The notes under the pieces were generated by a model. It made no database searches. It saw only the letters and a program-made list of their open reading frames with translations, and had not been told where the DNA came from. A stretch of DNA of 64,000 nucleotides from a virus: IMG/VR virus record IMGVR_UViG_3300040801_002290, positions 64,001 to 128,000 of that record; one strand, given 5' to 3'. The position numbers and the translations under genes are program-made. Below are positions 8,640-17,547 of the stretch, one piece after another. Within the stretch, counting starts at the first letter, position 1. Every line of letters begins with the position of its first letter.

Positions 8640-9092
8640 ATCATATTCTTCTTTGTCTTTCTTAAGAAGCTCCTCTAGTTCATCTAGTCGAGCTTCTCTT
8701 TCTTTGTCCTCGTCCGAAGGTACCCACACTTTTATCTTATCCTTATTCTCATTTACTATTCTGTTAACTTCCCTCTCAACCAATTCCTCTATAAGTTTTG
8801 CCAAGCTCTCCTGGTCTATCTCCACGTTAGTACCTGGGGCTGGTTTGAAGTTTGAGAAGAACTTACTAAGACCCCCCAAAAGACCAATGATGAGAGGCAG
8901 ATTCTTTAGTATAAGAGGCAGGGTTGTTAGGAGCAAGGAAAGAATGCTCGTAACTCCAATGGACTTTGGAATCTCTGGTACATTGGAGGAAACTATAATT
9001 TCCTCTGACTCGACCGGCTCTTCGTGTACTAGCTCTACTTCTTCCTTCATTTCTTCGAATAGAGCATCAAACTCTTCTCTATTATCTGACAT
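8619..9092 (-). CDS. Membrane-anchored coiled-coil protein (lysis-associated?)
   Basis: SD AGGAGG; acidic N-terminus, hydrophobic segment 'ILSLLLTTLPLILKNLPLIIGLLGGL', charged helical tail. Confidence 0.7.
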   Translation of the reverse strand: MSDNREEFDALFEEMKEEVELVHEEPVESEEIIVSSNVPEIPKSIGVTSILSLLLTTLPLILKNLPLIIGLLGGLSKFFSNFKPAPGTNVEIDQESLAKLIEELVEREVNRIVNENKDKIKVWVPSDEDKEREARLDELEELLKKDKEEYDKRNPRD

Positions 9093-9104
9093 TGTTACCT
9101 CCTA

Positions 9105-9137
9105 ATAAAAAACGGGGCTGCTTTCACAACCCCGTTT
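9105..9137 (-). terminator. Rho-independent terminator
   Basis: AAACGGGG...CCCCGTTT stem with an A-run on the + strand (U-tract on the minus strand). Confidence 0.7.
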
Positions 9138-9154
9138 AAAACCTCATAGGTTTA

Positions 9155-9589
9155 TTACTCTTTTACTTCAAGCTCGTGTAGTCTCTTGGCAGCAGAGGCG
9201 GCAACCTGACGGTCAGCCTTGGCCATACCGTTAGAGCCTAGGAAAGCAACTGCTACTAGGAAAGCAGCCTGTAGTGCGCCCTGTAGACCGGAAACTCCTG
9301 CTAAATATCCTAGGGAGAAGTATCCACCCACACCGGCAATAATTACTGCCACACCTAGAGAGAGCCACTGAGTTGCCTGACCGTCGGTGTTAAACCAATC
9401 CTTACCAAGAGCGGTAAAGATTTTGGTAATCCACGGAACGATTAGGGAAGCGGCGATTAGAACACTCTCAGCACTGGTAAACCAGGTTGAGGGGTCAAAC
9501 ACGATAACATCCTGTGCAATTCCTACGCCTACTAGAGTAAACGCTAGAAGAGCGGAGAAGAAGGTAATCATTCTTAGTTTCATAGTCAT
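9155..9589 (-). CDS. Multi-pass membrane protein with signal-peptide-like N-terminus (holin-like)
   Basis: 'MKLRMITFFSALLAFTLVGVGIA|QD' followed by about three hydrophobic helices; lies in the lysis region. Confidence 0.6.
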   Translation of the reverse strand: MTMKLRMITFFSALLAFTLVGVGIAQDVIVFDPSTWFTSAESVLIAASLIVPWITKIFTALGKDWFNTDGQATQWLSLGVAVIIAGVGGYFSLGYLAGVSGLQGALQAAFLVAVAFLGSNGMAKADRQVAASAAKRLHELEVKE

Positions 9590-9603
9590 ATTTAATCTCC
9601 TAC

Positions 9604-10524
9604 TTACTGACGCTTGTATCCAGTACCGTATGCGTCTGCGTTGGTGTAGCTCACTCCATCAATAGATACGGTGGGTGCCTGAGGTTCTGCCATATCGCCA
9701 GCATCGGTATCGTAGAAGTATCCATCCCTAAGAAGAGCATCGCCACTACGGTTGATTGGGGCCATTGCTTCGGAAGGAATTCCGCCGCGCCAGCGAAGTA
9801 GACGGCTAGGAATCTGCATAACGTTGCTATCCAAATCAGTTACGTCGGACTGCATGTAGATGAAATCGAATAGTGGACGGTCATTGTTAATGTACATGGG
9901 CTCAAAGTACACAACCCCGCTGACAACAGGTGCGTCATTTACATCGACCCAATCACCGGAGAGGCTGTGAAGTTCGCTCACCTTAGAGCGGGAAACTCCA
10001 CGAGGTAAAACGAACCCGTACCTGTTAAAGCCCTTTACAGGAAATGCCTGTACGTATTCAGAGAAGCTACGAACCTTTCTGGAAAGGTCTGGTGCCAACA
10101 TGTCTAGGCCCAACTGGCTTCCAATCCCAGTCAAATCTTCTCCTGGGTCAGAAAAGCCGACGGCAGAGGAAGGTACCTGAACAAGAATACGCTCTTCTTT
10201 AGTCCCGCTTACGCTGTAATAGTAAAGAAGGTGTACAGGAAGGACTTGAGGAACTACAATAGTACGCTCATGTACCTGTACGCCGATACCATAAGCACCA
10301 GGGTCGTATCCCTTGTCGGTAGTATCGGTTCCAGTTACAAAGGTTGCCCACTCGCGCTGGAAGGTCTCTGGGTAGGTAGCGGCAGAGGTACCAGCGGGGG
10401 TAATCTGAGCCGTACGTGGCATAGAGTGTTTGCCGGGTAGGTAGGTTTCCGTAACTTCGAATTTTCCGGTCTGGACGTATGCAGTAGTTAGATAGTCAAA
10501 CCAGACTTGTCCTTGGTCTGTCAT
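9604..10524 (-). CDS. Hypothetical protein, probably highly expressed
   Basis: 306 aa; SD GGAGG; C-ending codon bias resembling the capsid and sheath genes. Confidence 0.75.
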   Translation of the reverse strand: MTDQGQVWFDYLTTAYVQTGKFEVTETYLPGKHSMPRTAQITPAGTSAATYPETFQREWATFVTGTDTTDKGYDPGAYGIGVQVHERTIVVPQVLPVHLLYYYSVSGTKEERILVQVPSSAVGFSDPGEDLTGIGSQLGLDMLAPDLSRKVRSFSEYVQAFPVKGFNRYGFVLPRGVSRSKVSELHSLSGDWVDVNDAPVVSGVVYFEPMYINNDRPLFDFIYMQSDVTDLDSNVMQIPSRLLRWRGGIPSEAMAPINRSGDALLRDGYFYDTDAGDMAEPQAPTVSIDGVSYTNADAYGTGYKRQ

Positions 10525-10663
10525 AATTTGTTTCCTCCGTTAAGTCTTTTTGATGGCTTAACCATCGCACAGACCGTATTTTTACCCCGACCAACACTTC
10601 TGACGGGTATGGGTGCGATGTCACTTATAAAGTCAGCATAGCATATTTTTTTTGAAAACTCCA

Positions 10664-11116
10664 CTAATTCTCGACAATGAATCTTTTTTCCAAATCCATG
10701 CAAATAATTAGTTTTATGTAGCGCCAGAATGAGTATACTGCCAACATGGTATAGATTGGCACAGCGGTGTTTTCTGGAGACGCAAAAGCGAACATAACAG
10801 CAACAAAAACCCAAAATGCTATGTGAAAGAACACCATTAACTTTCTTAAAAAATAAGATTGAGTTCCAGCAGCTATTATAGTAGTCAATCCCAGGAATAA
10901 AGCCCAAAGACCCCAAATGCATTCAGGAGCTACTGACAAAAAAGCAGAAAAAACGGGTAATGAAAATGTGTCCCAAAATGGCAAGAGAAGCCAGAATCCC
11001 CAAGAAGCAGCGAAGAGTCCTAGTATAAATTCACCTATCTCAGCGTGTTTTTTAATTATAAAAAGAGTAGCAGCTTCTAACATTTCTTCACCCTTCCTTA
11101 ATTTTATTATACTCAC
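10664..11116 (-). CDS. Putative holin (about 4 TM)
   Basis: Four hydrophobic segments; ATGA-coupled to the amidase stop. Confidence 0.6.
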   Translation of the reverse strand: MSIIKLRKGEEMLEAATLFIIKKHAEIGEFILGLFAASWGFWLLLPFWDTFSLPVFSAFLSVAPECIWGLWALFLGLTTIIAAGTQSYFLRKLMVFFHIAFWVFVAVMFAFASPENTAVPIYTMLAVYSFWRYIKLIICMDLEKRFIVEN

Positions 11117-11811
11117 TTCTTCACGGCTATGTAAAGTTTATCGCCTACAATGCTCATTCTCTCTATGGAAAGTTGTGTTTGTACCCCGTCTTCTATAATA
11201 AATACGCGCTGAAATGGGGTACTAAATGCTGGAAGCTCGTCGTTGTCTATGGCTCCACCGGCATCACCGGTTATACCCAAGTACTCTTTTACTCCCAAAA
11301 GAAGTAGGTTAGCAAACTCAAGTCTAGCTTCTACCGAGGAGTCTGCTCTGTCAATTCTATCTACCTCTACTAGAATAGAGGGACATTTGTTGTCGTCAAT
11401 ATAGAGTCTGCCAAACCTACTAGAGGTGGAGGGTCTTAAATCCCCGGTCTTCAAATGCTTGTCCACTGCCTCCGCTAATTTGATACTATCTGCACGAATC
11501 TTTTGGTTTTGACCGGCAAAATAAATCATTCTTCTTCCGCCGATATAACTATCAAAGTGAATTGATATGAACAAGTCACCCTCTTTAGCAAACTTAGTTC
11601 TCTCAGTAAGGGGGACAGTGTATTCGTCATGCTCTCTAGTTAGAACTACATCAAACCCGGACTTCTCAAAAATCTCTTTAACCGCCTTAGAATAAATCCA
11701 TGTGTAATAAGACTCAATCTTTTTCCCATCAGCAGTGACTACGCCTGGGTCTCCCTTAGGAGGCTCTGGACGCCAAACTCCACCGTGTCCTGGGTCAATG
11801 ATTATTCTCAT
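11113..11811 (-). CDS. Endolysin, N-acetylmuramoyl-L-alanine amidase (Amidase_3)
   Basis: 'IIIDPGHGG', 'IES', 'FISIHFD', 'ILVEV' zinc/catalytic motifs. Confidence 0.9.
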   Translation of the reverse strand: MRIIIDPGHGGVWRPEPPKGDPGVVTADGKKIESYYTWIYSKAVKEIFEKSGFDVVLTREHDEYTVPLTERTKFAKEGDLFISIHFDSYIGGRRMIYFAGQNQKIRADSIKLAEAVDKHLKTGDLRPSTSSRFGRLYIDDNKCPSILVEVDRIDRADSSVEARLEFANLLLLGVKEYLGITGDAGGAIDNDELPAFSTPFQRVFIIEDGVQTQLSIERMSIVGDKLYIAVKK

Positions 11812-12206
11812 AAATCAGGCTCCTTTGGCCAAGCCACATCACAGGGGAAACCTGGTTGCTTTGTTATGTCCCTAAGTGACTGCCTGTATTCTTTCCAAGC
11901 AGATTTAAGTTTTTCTGGTACGTCAGAGGTTTGAGTCCAATCAGAACTGAGAAGAAGTCTGTTTCTATGATACCTAATTTCCTCTGATAGCTCCTCTTCC
12001 GATGGTGCTGAGTATGGTTCTACTATTATTTTTCCAGACTCTGCAAGTGATTTTAGATTAAAAAATAACTCTTTTCCATACTCAACATCGTCATAAGGAG
12101 TTGCATGAAACGGAATCCAGCCATATTCTTCGTGCAAAACATCACAGGAGATAGTACCTAAGTCAGTGTATTTAAAGTTTTTTGCTTCAAGTATAGGACT
12201 ATGCAT
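11808..12206 (-). CDS. Tail fibre assembly chaperone
   Basis: 'I.CDV.HEEYGWIPF.ATPYD...G..LF', 'R..RN.LL..SDWTQ..DVP...WKEYRQ.LRDIT.QPGFP..V.WP..P'. Confidence 0.9.
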   Translation of the reverse strand: MHSPILEAKNFKYTDLGTISCDVLHEEYGWIPFHATPYDDVEYGKELFFNLKSLAESGKIIVEPYSAPSEEELSEEIRYHRNRLLLSSDWTQTSDVPEKLKSAWKEYRQSLRDITKQPGFPCDVAWPKEPDL

Positions 12207-14842
12207 TAACTTACCCTAACCCACAAAGTGTGTACATCATTTCCCCAAGTACCGCTAAGGTTCCGTGTCCACCCCTGGCATCTCCAAGAGCCACTTGACA
12301 AGGAACTACTCCTTACAGTAGTAGCACCAGCATTTTGATAAAACCCCGCTGGATAAAGAAGTGCGCCAGAAATTATTCTCCCTAACCAAAACTCCTCACT
12401 TACGTTTGCCCCCTTCCTGGTAGCCCAAACATACGCACCAATTCCCGTGGTAGAAGCTACTCCAGCAGAAGAGTCATCCACGTAGCCCTTTGTTGCGACA
12501 GTATCACTTGAGTCACCGCTAGAGGTGGCCGCTGCCCTAAACTTACCAGAGGAATCTCTTCTGACAAGAGTATTAGCTGTAGAAGCATTTGTGCTGTTGG
12601 TTCTAATCCAATTAACATTAACTATTTGAGTTGAAGTAGATGTAGGACCGTTAACAGAAGTACCAACATTTGAATTTGCAGCCCCATCCCTAGCCATAAT
12701 TGTACTTAGTGAGGCAGAAGAGGTGGCACCGTGAACAGCAGTTCCTGTGCCATTTACGTGTGTATCAAACTGGGACTTTGGTACAGCATCATTGGGGTCA
12801 GAAGCTGTAGCAACCCTAAGCCTTCCACTGCTGTCTCTTCTTGCTAAGGTATTGGCAGTTTGAACGTTTGTAGAGTTTGCTCTAATCCAGTCAACATTTA
12901 CAATATCCTGAGAAGTGCTTGTTGGGTTATTGGTAGAGGTGCCTACTTGGGCACGAGCATTTGTGTCTCTAATTATAATTCTGCTGGCCGTAGCGGTGCT
13001 TCTGGCGTCGTGAACATCTGTGGCATTTACGTGGAAAGAGATGTCCCCGCCAACTCCACCAGCTACTGAATCCACATAACCCTTAGAAACCAAAACATTT
13101 GCTGGGGTGCTTGGACCTAAGGCGCTGGAGATTACAGAAGAATAAGTTATATTACCTTCTATATCTTGTAAGGCTATCGGTCTTGTGCTGTTAATCCACG
13201 AGCCCCCAGAGTACCTTAGAAAATTATTTTCCGATGGGGCTACAATATTAGTGTCTAGAAGAGCAGAAAGTGTATAATCAGAACCAATAAAGTCAGTCCC
13301 CAGTGCGTTTCTCAGTAGTATCTGGTTTGGGCCTACAGAGCCAATATCATTTAGGTCTGCAAGTCCAATGGTATCAACAATCTTAAATGCTTGGTTCGGG
13401 TCAAAGGTGCCAACAAAACCAACGTTTCCTGCTTCGTTTGCAGTTAGGAATGTGTGGTATGTTTCGTTTGTTCTGTTAACGGGGAAATACTCAGAATCCA
13501 AAACGTCTCTGTTATACCAGGAAGATGGGTTCTGCTCAAGGAAACACCTTACTTCTGTGTTTGGAACTGCGGCAGACTTAACTAGACCCAAATGAAAATA
13601 GAACTGGAACGTGTCTGGCTTATATCTGTTTCTTTGAACCTTTTCTAGTTCCTCAGAGTTTGGAACCGCATAGTACTTTATACCCAAGACTACCCCGTCT
13701 GTATACCTACCGTTAACATCCTGGAGAAGTAAGTCTCCAATGCCGCTAAAGTAGTCACTTTGAGGAATTTCTCTTACAATGTTGTTATTTCCATCAAAGA
13801 TGTATTCCGCCAAAATTGCATCTTGAGATTCCCCATTGTAGACATTACCATATCTTGTGTAGTAGTACTGAACTCCACCTACATTTTCTTCCCGTAATTG
13901 CTCAGCAGAAATTACTGTAAAATTCAACTCTGTGTCTAAGTCGGTGAAGGTTTCTCCGTCAAATACAAGAGTTTGAAGCTGAGCATTGGTGATGTTCAAC
14001 TTAATAATTCCTTTACTGTAATCTAGAACTTTGAAAGTGCCGGAAGCTACGTCCTCTGAGCTACTTAAATCCTGAGGTATGTAAGAGAATTTATTAGACC
14101 CAGAAACACTTCTCCAAAGAATAACGTGGGCTCCAAAATCTAGAGAAAAATTAGTGTGTTCAAAGGTAAGAGTGCTATCATAATTGTTTCGAAAATAAGC
14201 TCTAGTAATCGTACTATTTTGAGGGTCTATGAAGTTACCATCGTATCTACCGTCTTTTATTGGCAATGGACTCTCTGCCCCCAGTCTTAGCAAAGAGAAA
14301 GTTACGCTCTGACCTGAAAAGTTCAAACCGTCATAGGGATAAACAATCGAGTATTTATCTGGCTCTTGAAAAATCCCGTTAAGTCTAATATCCAAATACC
14401 CATAGGCGTAGTCATCAAAAAAATCTTTGTAAATCGGCCTGTAAGGGAGTTGTCTTTCCGCTGCACTAAGATTTTCAAAAACTATTGTCTGTGTATTTCC
14501 ACTTGAGTTCTCGGTAGCAAGCGTGGTCCACTTATACACCTGGGGCTCTACCGCTCCGTCATTAGTTAAGACGTTAAACCTAAAGTACTCGGTGTCTAAG
14601 CGGCCAAAGAAGTTACCCTCCTCCTTTCCAACCGGAGTGAAAAAGACCGACTCGTTTCCACCGGCACCTGTTCTAGTGTCGTAAAGGAAGTTATCGGCGT
14701 CAAAGAACCCACCTTCATTAGTGAGGGCGTTGGTGGAGAATCCAAAGTTGGCCCCCAGGAACCCACGAATATAATCCATGAAGTCACTGAAATTGCTTCC
14801 ACCAATAGGTACACCCTCATAGGTGTTAAGTTTAGTTATCAT
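12206..14842 (-). CDS. Tail fibre protein with internal repeats
   Basis: Follows the baseplate genes and precedes the chaperone; duplicated 'IVNV.WIR.NSTN..TANTL.RRDSSG' units and 'KGYVDS' motifs. Confidence 0.85.
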   Translation of the reverse strand: MITKLNTYEGVPIGGSNFSDFMDYIRGFLGANFGFSTNALTNEGGFFDADNFLYDTRTGAGGNESVFFTPVGKEEGNFFGRLDTEYFRFNVLTNDGAVEPQVYKWTTLATENSSGNTQTIVFENLSAAERQLPYRPIYKDFFDDYAYGYLDIRLNGIFQEPDKYSIVYPYDGLNFSGQSVTFSLLRLGAESPLPIKDGRYDGNFIDPQNSTITRAYFRNNYDSTLTFEHTNFSLDFGAHVILWRSVSGSNKFSYIPQDLSSSEDVASGTFKVLDYSKGIIKLNITNAQLQTLVFDGETFTDLDTELNFTVISAEQLREENVGGVQYYYTRYGNVYNGESQDAILAEYIFDGNNNIVREIPQSDYFSGIGDLLLQDVNGRYTDGVVLGIKYYAVPNSEELEKVQRNRYKPDTFQFYFHLGLVKSAAVPNTEVRCFLEQNPSSWYNRDVLDSEYFPVNRTNETYHTFLTANEAGNVGFVGTFDPNQAFKIVDTIGLADLNDIGSVGPNQILLRNALGTDFIGSDYTLSALLDTNIVAPSENNFLRYSGGSWINSTRPIALQDIEGNITYSSVISSALGPSTPANVLVSKGYVDSVAGGVGGDISFHVNATDVHDARSTATASRIIIRDTNARAQVGTSTNNPTSTSQDIVNVDWIRANSTNVQTANTLARRDSSGRLRVATASDPNDAVPKSQFDTHVNGTGTAVHGATSSASLSTIMARDGAANSNVGTSVNGPTSTSTQIVNVNWIRTNSTNASTANTLVRRDSSGKFRAAATSSGDSSDTVATKGYVDDSSAGVASTTGIGAYVWATRKGANVSEEFWLGRIISGALLYPAGFYQNAGATTVRSSSLSSGSWRCQGWTRNLSGTWGNDVHTLWVRVS

Positions 14843-15587
14843 AGTAAATCTCTCCCTTACTTCCTCCCGCTCCGGGCTCCCTAATTATAACCCGGTCAAC
14901 ACGAATACCGGCAGCGGAAATATCATTTATTAATGAGCGGAAACTATCTGCCCTAAAAGCCTCTAAAAGTCTATCAAAATATAAGTTTTTAACTCTTCTC
15001 CACTCAACATTTGGTGGGTAAATAAACTCCTCCATTGAGAATGTATCAAAGTTAAATATATCAACTTTTCGGTAAAGAACATTTCCATCAGAATCTAAAA
15101 CCGGAACAGAGGCATCGTAACTTTTTGGAGAAATGACAATAGAAAGTCCGTATAGAAGAGTACCTTCCGGTTCTCTTATGGGAACATCGAAGGTAGAAGA
15201 AGTACCATCAAAAGCAGTGCTAAAGCTCTCTCTGATTTCAACATCGGCTTCTATTCCATAGGTGTCCATCAATCTAGCAATGCTTCTTGAAATACCGCCG
15301 CGAGTAGCACTCTGTCCGATTGAGAAAAGAATTCTTCTTCTATACTCCTTGTCATTTTCCCCGACATTTCTTAGAACCCCAAACATGTCTCCAAGTAGGT
15401 CTAGGTAACTTCCAGAGGATTCTGGATTTATATTTGGAAAGTCCCCGTCATAGATAAGCGGAGTTTTACTACTACTTTTCTCCTCATTTATTAGATATAG
15501 ATTTGGAAGGAGGTTTCTTACCGCTGTTTTTAAAAGAGTAATACCGGAAGAAAATCCCCTGGTGAAAAAATAGAGTATTTCTCCCAT
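14832..15587 (-). CDS. Baseplate wedge protein (P2 gpI-like)
   Basis: 'SGSYLDLLGDMFGVLR..GEND.EYRRRI' motif and position. Confidence 0.7.
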   Translation of the reverse strand: MGEILYFFTRGFSSGITLLKTAVRNLLPNLYLINEEKSSSKTPLIYDGDFPNINPESSGSYLDLLGDMFGVLRNVGENDKEYRRRILFSIGQSATRGGISRSIARLMDTYGIEADVEIRESFSTAFDGTSSTFDVPIREPEGTLLYGLSIVISPKSYDASVPVLDSDGNVLYRKVDIFNFDTFSMEEFIYPPNVEWRRVKNLYFDRLLEAFRADSFRSLINDISAAGIRVDRVIIREPGAGGSKGEIYYDN

Positions 15588-15588
15588 A

Positions 15589-17091
15589 TTACTTAGACCT
15601 TCCTATGTCTTCAAGAGAGAGAAAGTATGGTGGATATTTAGAATAAATGAACTCCACATCCTCTTCTAGATACTTCTTTAGTGCTTCATAGTCTGTAGTA
15701 ACTCTCATATAGACAGATGGAAGGAGTTGATTTACAGGGACGTTATTCTTTTTTAGTTGTCCTGGGTATGTCTCTCTAAATTCGCTAGACACCGTTGTGT
15801 AGCTTAGGTGGAAAAAAGAGTAGTCAGATTTTATAGGAAAGTCTGGTAGAAAGTTTGTGTTTATTTTTAGATAAACCCCAACATAATCCCCAGGAGCCAA
15901 AACAGGAATTCTTGTTACTGTATTTCCAGGAGTAAATGTTTGAGAGCGGAGGTCAATACCCACACCAGACCCATCTGAGTTAAAGTTTGAAACGTTCCTT
16001 ACGGGGGAAAATAGGTAGCTTACTGAAATTTGATTGAACATGGAGGTTTTTGAACGGCCATCAGTAATTATTTCATCTCGGTTATCTAACAAAACACCGT
16101 ACCTAGACTCCTCATCTTCAAGAAAGAACCTATTCTCAAATATTTTTTTATCATCTATCGTGTATGTAGAGCCACCGTCAACCCAAAAATCTATGTTTCT
16201 TCTTTCTAGAAAAGTAGAGTCATTGCTTATGTAAAAAGCTCTATAGAATGTTTTTGAAAACAAAGCATCGCTAGACGGGATATACCTGTCCATAAGGCCA
16301 ACAACAGGGGAGTAGGAAAAATCGGCTCTTGATTCGTAGGTAGAGGAGGGCAGTCTTGGATAATAGTTCTGTGAGGAGGCTAAGTAATCTTTAGTTATGT
16401 CTCCACCATAGATAGTGTCTGCCCTTTTAAACCTAATAGGGTCTATTATGTCTCCTCTGACTCTTAGGGGGTATATGTATAGGTTGTCTATAAACCCAGA
16501 AACATTAATATCTACATTTCCTGGGGAAACTTCCGGGTCATAAAACTCACCCTCTAAAACCTCTGTAATTATCTCGTTTCGAAAGTCTGTTGATGACGGA
16601 AAAAATGAAAAATCGGAGAACTCCAACAGACGTATATCAACCCTCGGTATTATTGGGTAAACCTCAAATGAGTTAATAATGTTAGGCGATATTTGTCTTC
16701 CGGTTATAGTTGGGTTGAATATTTCAAAAGAGTCAAGCAAGTCCAAACTAGCCGCTCTACCAAAAACAGAGGAAATGTCATAAAAATTAGCAGAGTCAAT
16801 AAGGTTTGGAGAAAACGAAAGCTCAGTTCTTATTACATCGTATACTTCTGACTGGTCGATTATCTGAGTTTCAATCTCTTGTGGGTATGAAACTAGGGGA
16901 AGAAATACAACTCCACTCGGTAGGTATTCAATAAGGACAGGGTGTCCAGAAACACTACCATTTGCGGTAATGTAGTTTTCAAAAAAAGTAAATTCCTCTT
17001 CAAAAAAAGCAACAGAAACTATCTCCCCACCCGTGACAGAGGGGGCAAAAAAGCTTTCTGAATCTAGTAATTGAAGAGAAATATCAGCCAT
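15589..17091 (-). CDS. Baseplate-associated structural protein
   Basis: 500 aa in the baseplate operon; no specific motif recognised. Confidence 0.55.
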   Translation of the reverse strand: MADISLQLLDSESFFAPSVTGGEIVSVAFFEEEFTFFENYITANGSVSGHPVLIEYLPSGVVFLPLVSYPQEIETQIIDQSEVYDVIRTELSFSPNLIDSANFYDISSVFGRAASLDLLDSFEIFNPTITGRQISPNIINSFEVYPIIPRVDIRLLEFSDFSFFPSSTDFRNEIITEVLEGEFYDPEVSPGNVDINVSGFIDNLYIYPLRVRGDIIDPIRFKRADTIYGGDITKDYLASSQNYYPRLPSSTYESRADFSYSPVVGLMDRYIPSSDALFSKTFYRAFYISNDSTFLERRNIDFWVDGGSTYTIDDKKIFENRFFLEDEESRYGVLLDNRDEIITDGRSKTSMFNQISVSYLFSPVRNVSNFNSDGSGVGIDLRSQTFTPGNTVTRIPVLAPGDYVGVYLKINTNFLPDFPIKSDYSFFHLSYTTVSSEFRETYPGQLKKNNVPVNQLLPSVYMRVTTDYEALKKYLEEDVEFIYSKYPPYFLSLEDIGRSK

Positions 17092-17094
17092 TCA

Positions 17095-17535
17095 TTACAG
17101 CCTAAAGATGTAACCGTTCCCACCATTCCAAAGAATAGTTATGTCCCCTCCGTTTGGAGTCACTGGCAATCCAGAAATTGCAGAGTCAATATAAGCCACA
17201 AGCACGTTATCATCTTCGTTTGCAGTACCGTTATCTCGATAAATTACTACAGCAGAAACTTCGGCTCCGGTAACAGTAGAGAAAACAGTGTTAGTTGCCT
17301 GGGCGATTCCCTCGGTGGTAGAAGAGTTTCCAACCAGCGGAGTGACATCAACCCGAGCCCCAACCGGAATATCAGCCAGGGAAAGATGGGTCACATCGTG
17401 TGTGTAAAGCGTAGTGTCGATAAGAACGACTCCAAAGCTGTCGGCCTCCCAGTCTATCTGGCCCGTGAATGGCGTCGTTCCCTGGGTTATGGAGGTTAGG
17501 AACCCTCTTCTTCCAATATCATAAAGTGAAGACAT
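17095..17535 (-). CDS. Conserved phage virion/baseplate protein
   Basis: 'LYD.GR..FL...IDW..D...VL.D...H..L.DIP.GAR...VVIY.D.G.....L.AYID...GLP.TPNGGDITI.W....IF.L', a recurrent phage family pattern. Confidence 0.75.
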   Translation of the reverse strand: MSSLYDIGRRGFLTSITQGTTPFTGQIDWEADSFGVVLIDTTLYTHDVTHLSLADIPVGARVDVTPLVGNSSTTEGIAQATNTVFSTVTGAEVSAVVIYRDNGTANEDDNVLVAYIDSAISGLPVTPNGGDITILWNGGNGYIFRL

Positions 17536-17547
17536 TTTTTCTCCTTA

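Noticed and set aside
8653-9105. Ser-rich + strand ORF and the many other short antisense or nested ORFs in the track
   Set aside because: Shadows of real genes on the opposite strand or in another frame; no SD and no recognisable motifs.
10521-10922. 133-aa ORF from the track
   Set aside because: Mostly overlaps the holin gene in another frame and has an odd Cys-rich composition; only the last 47 codons remain possible.
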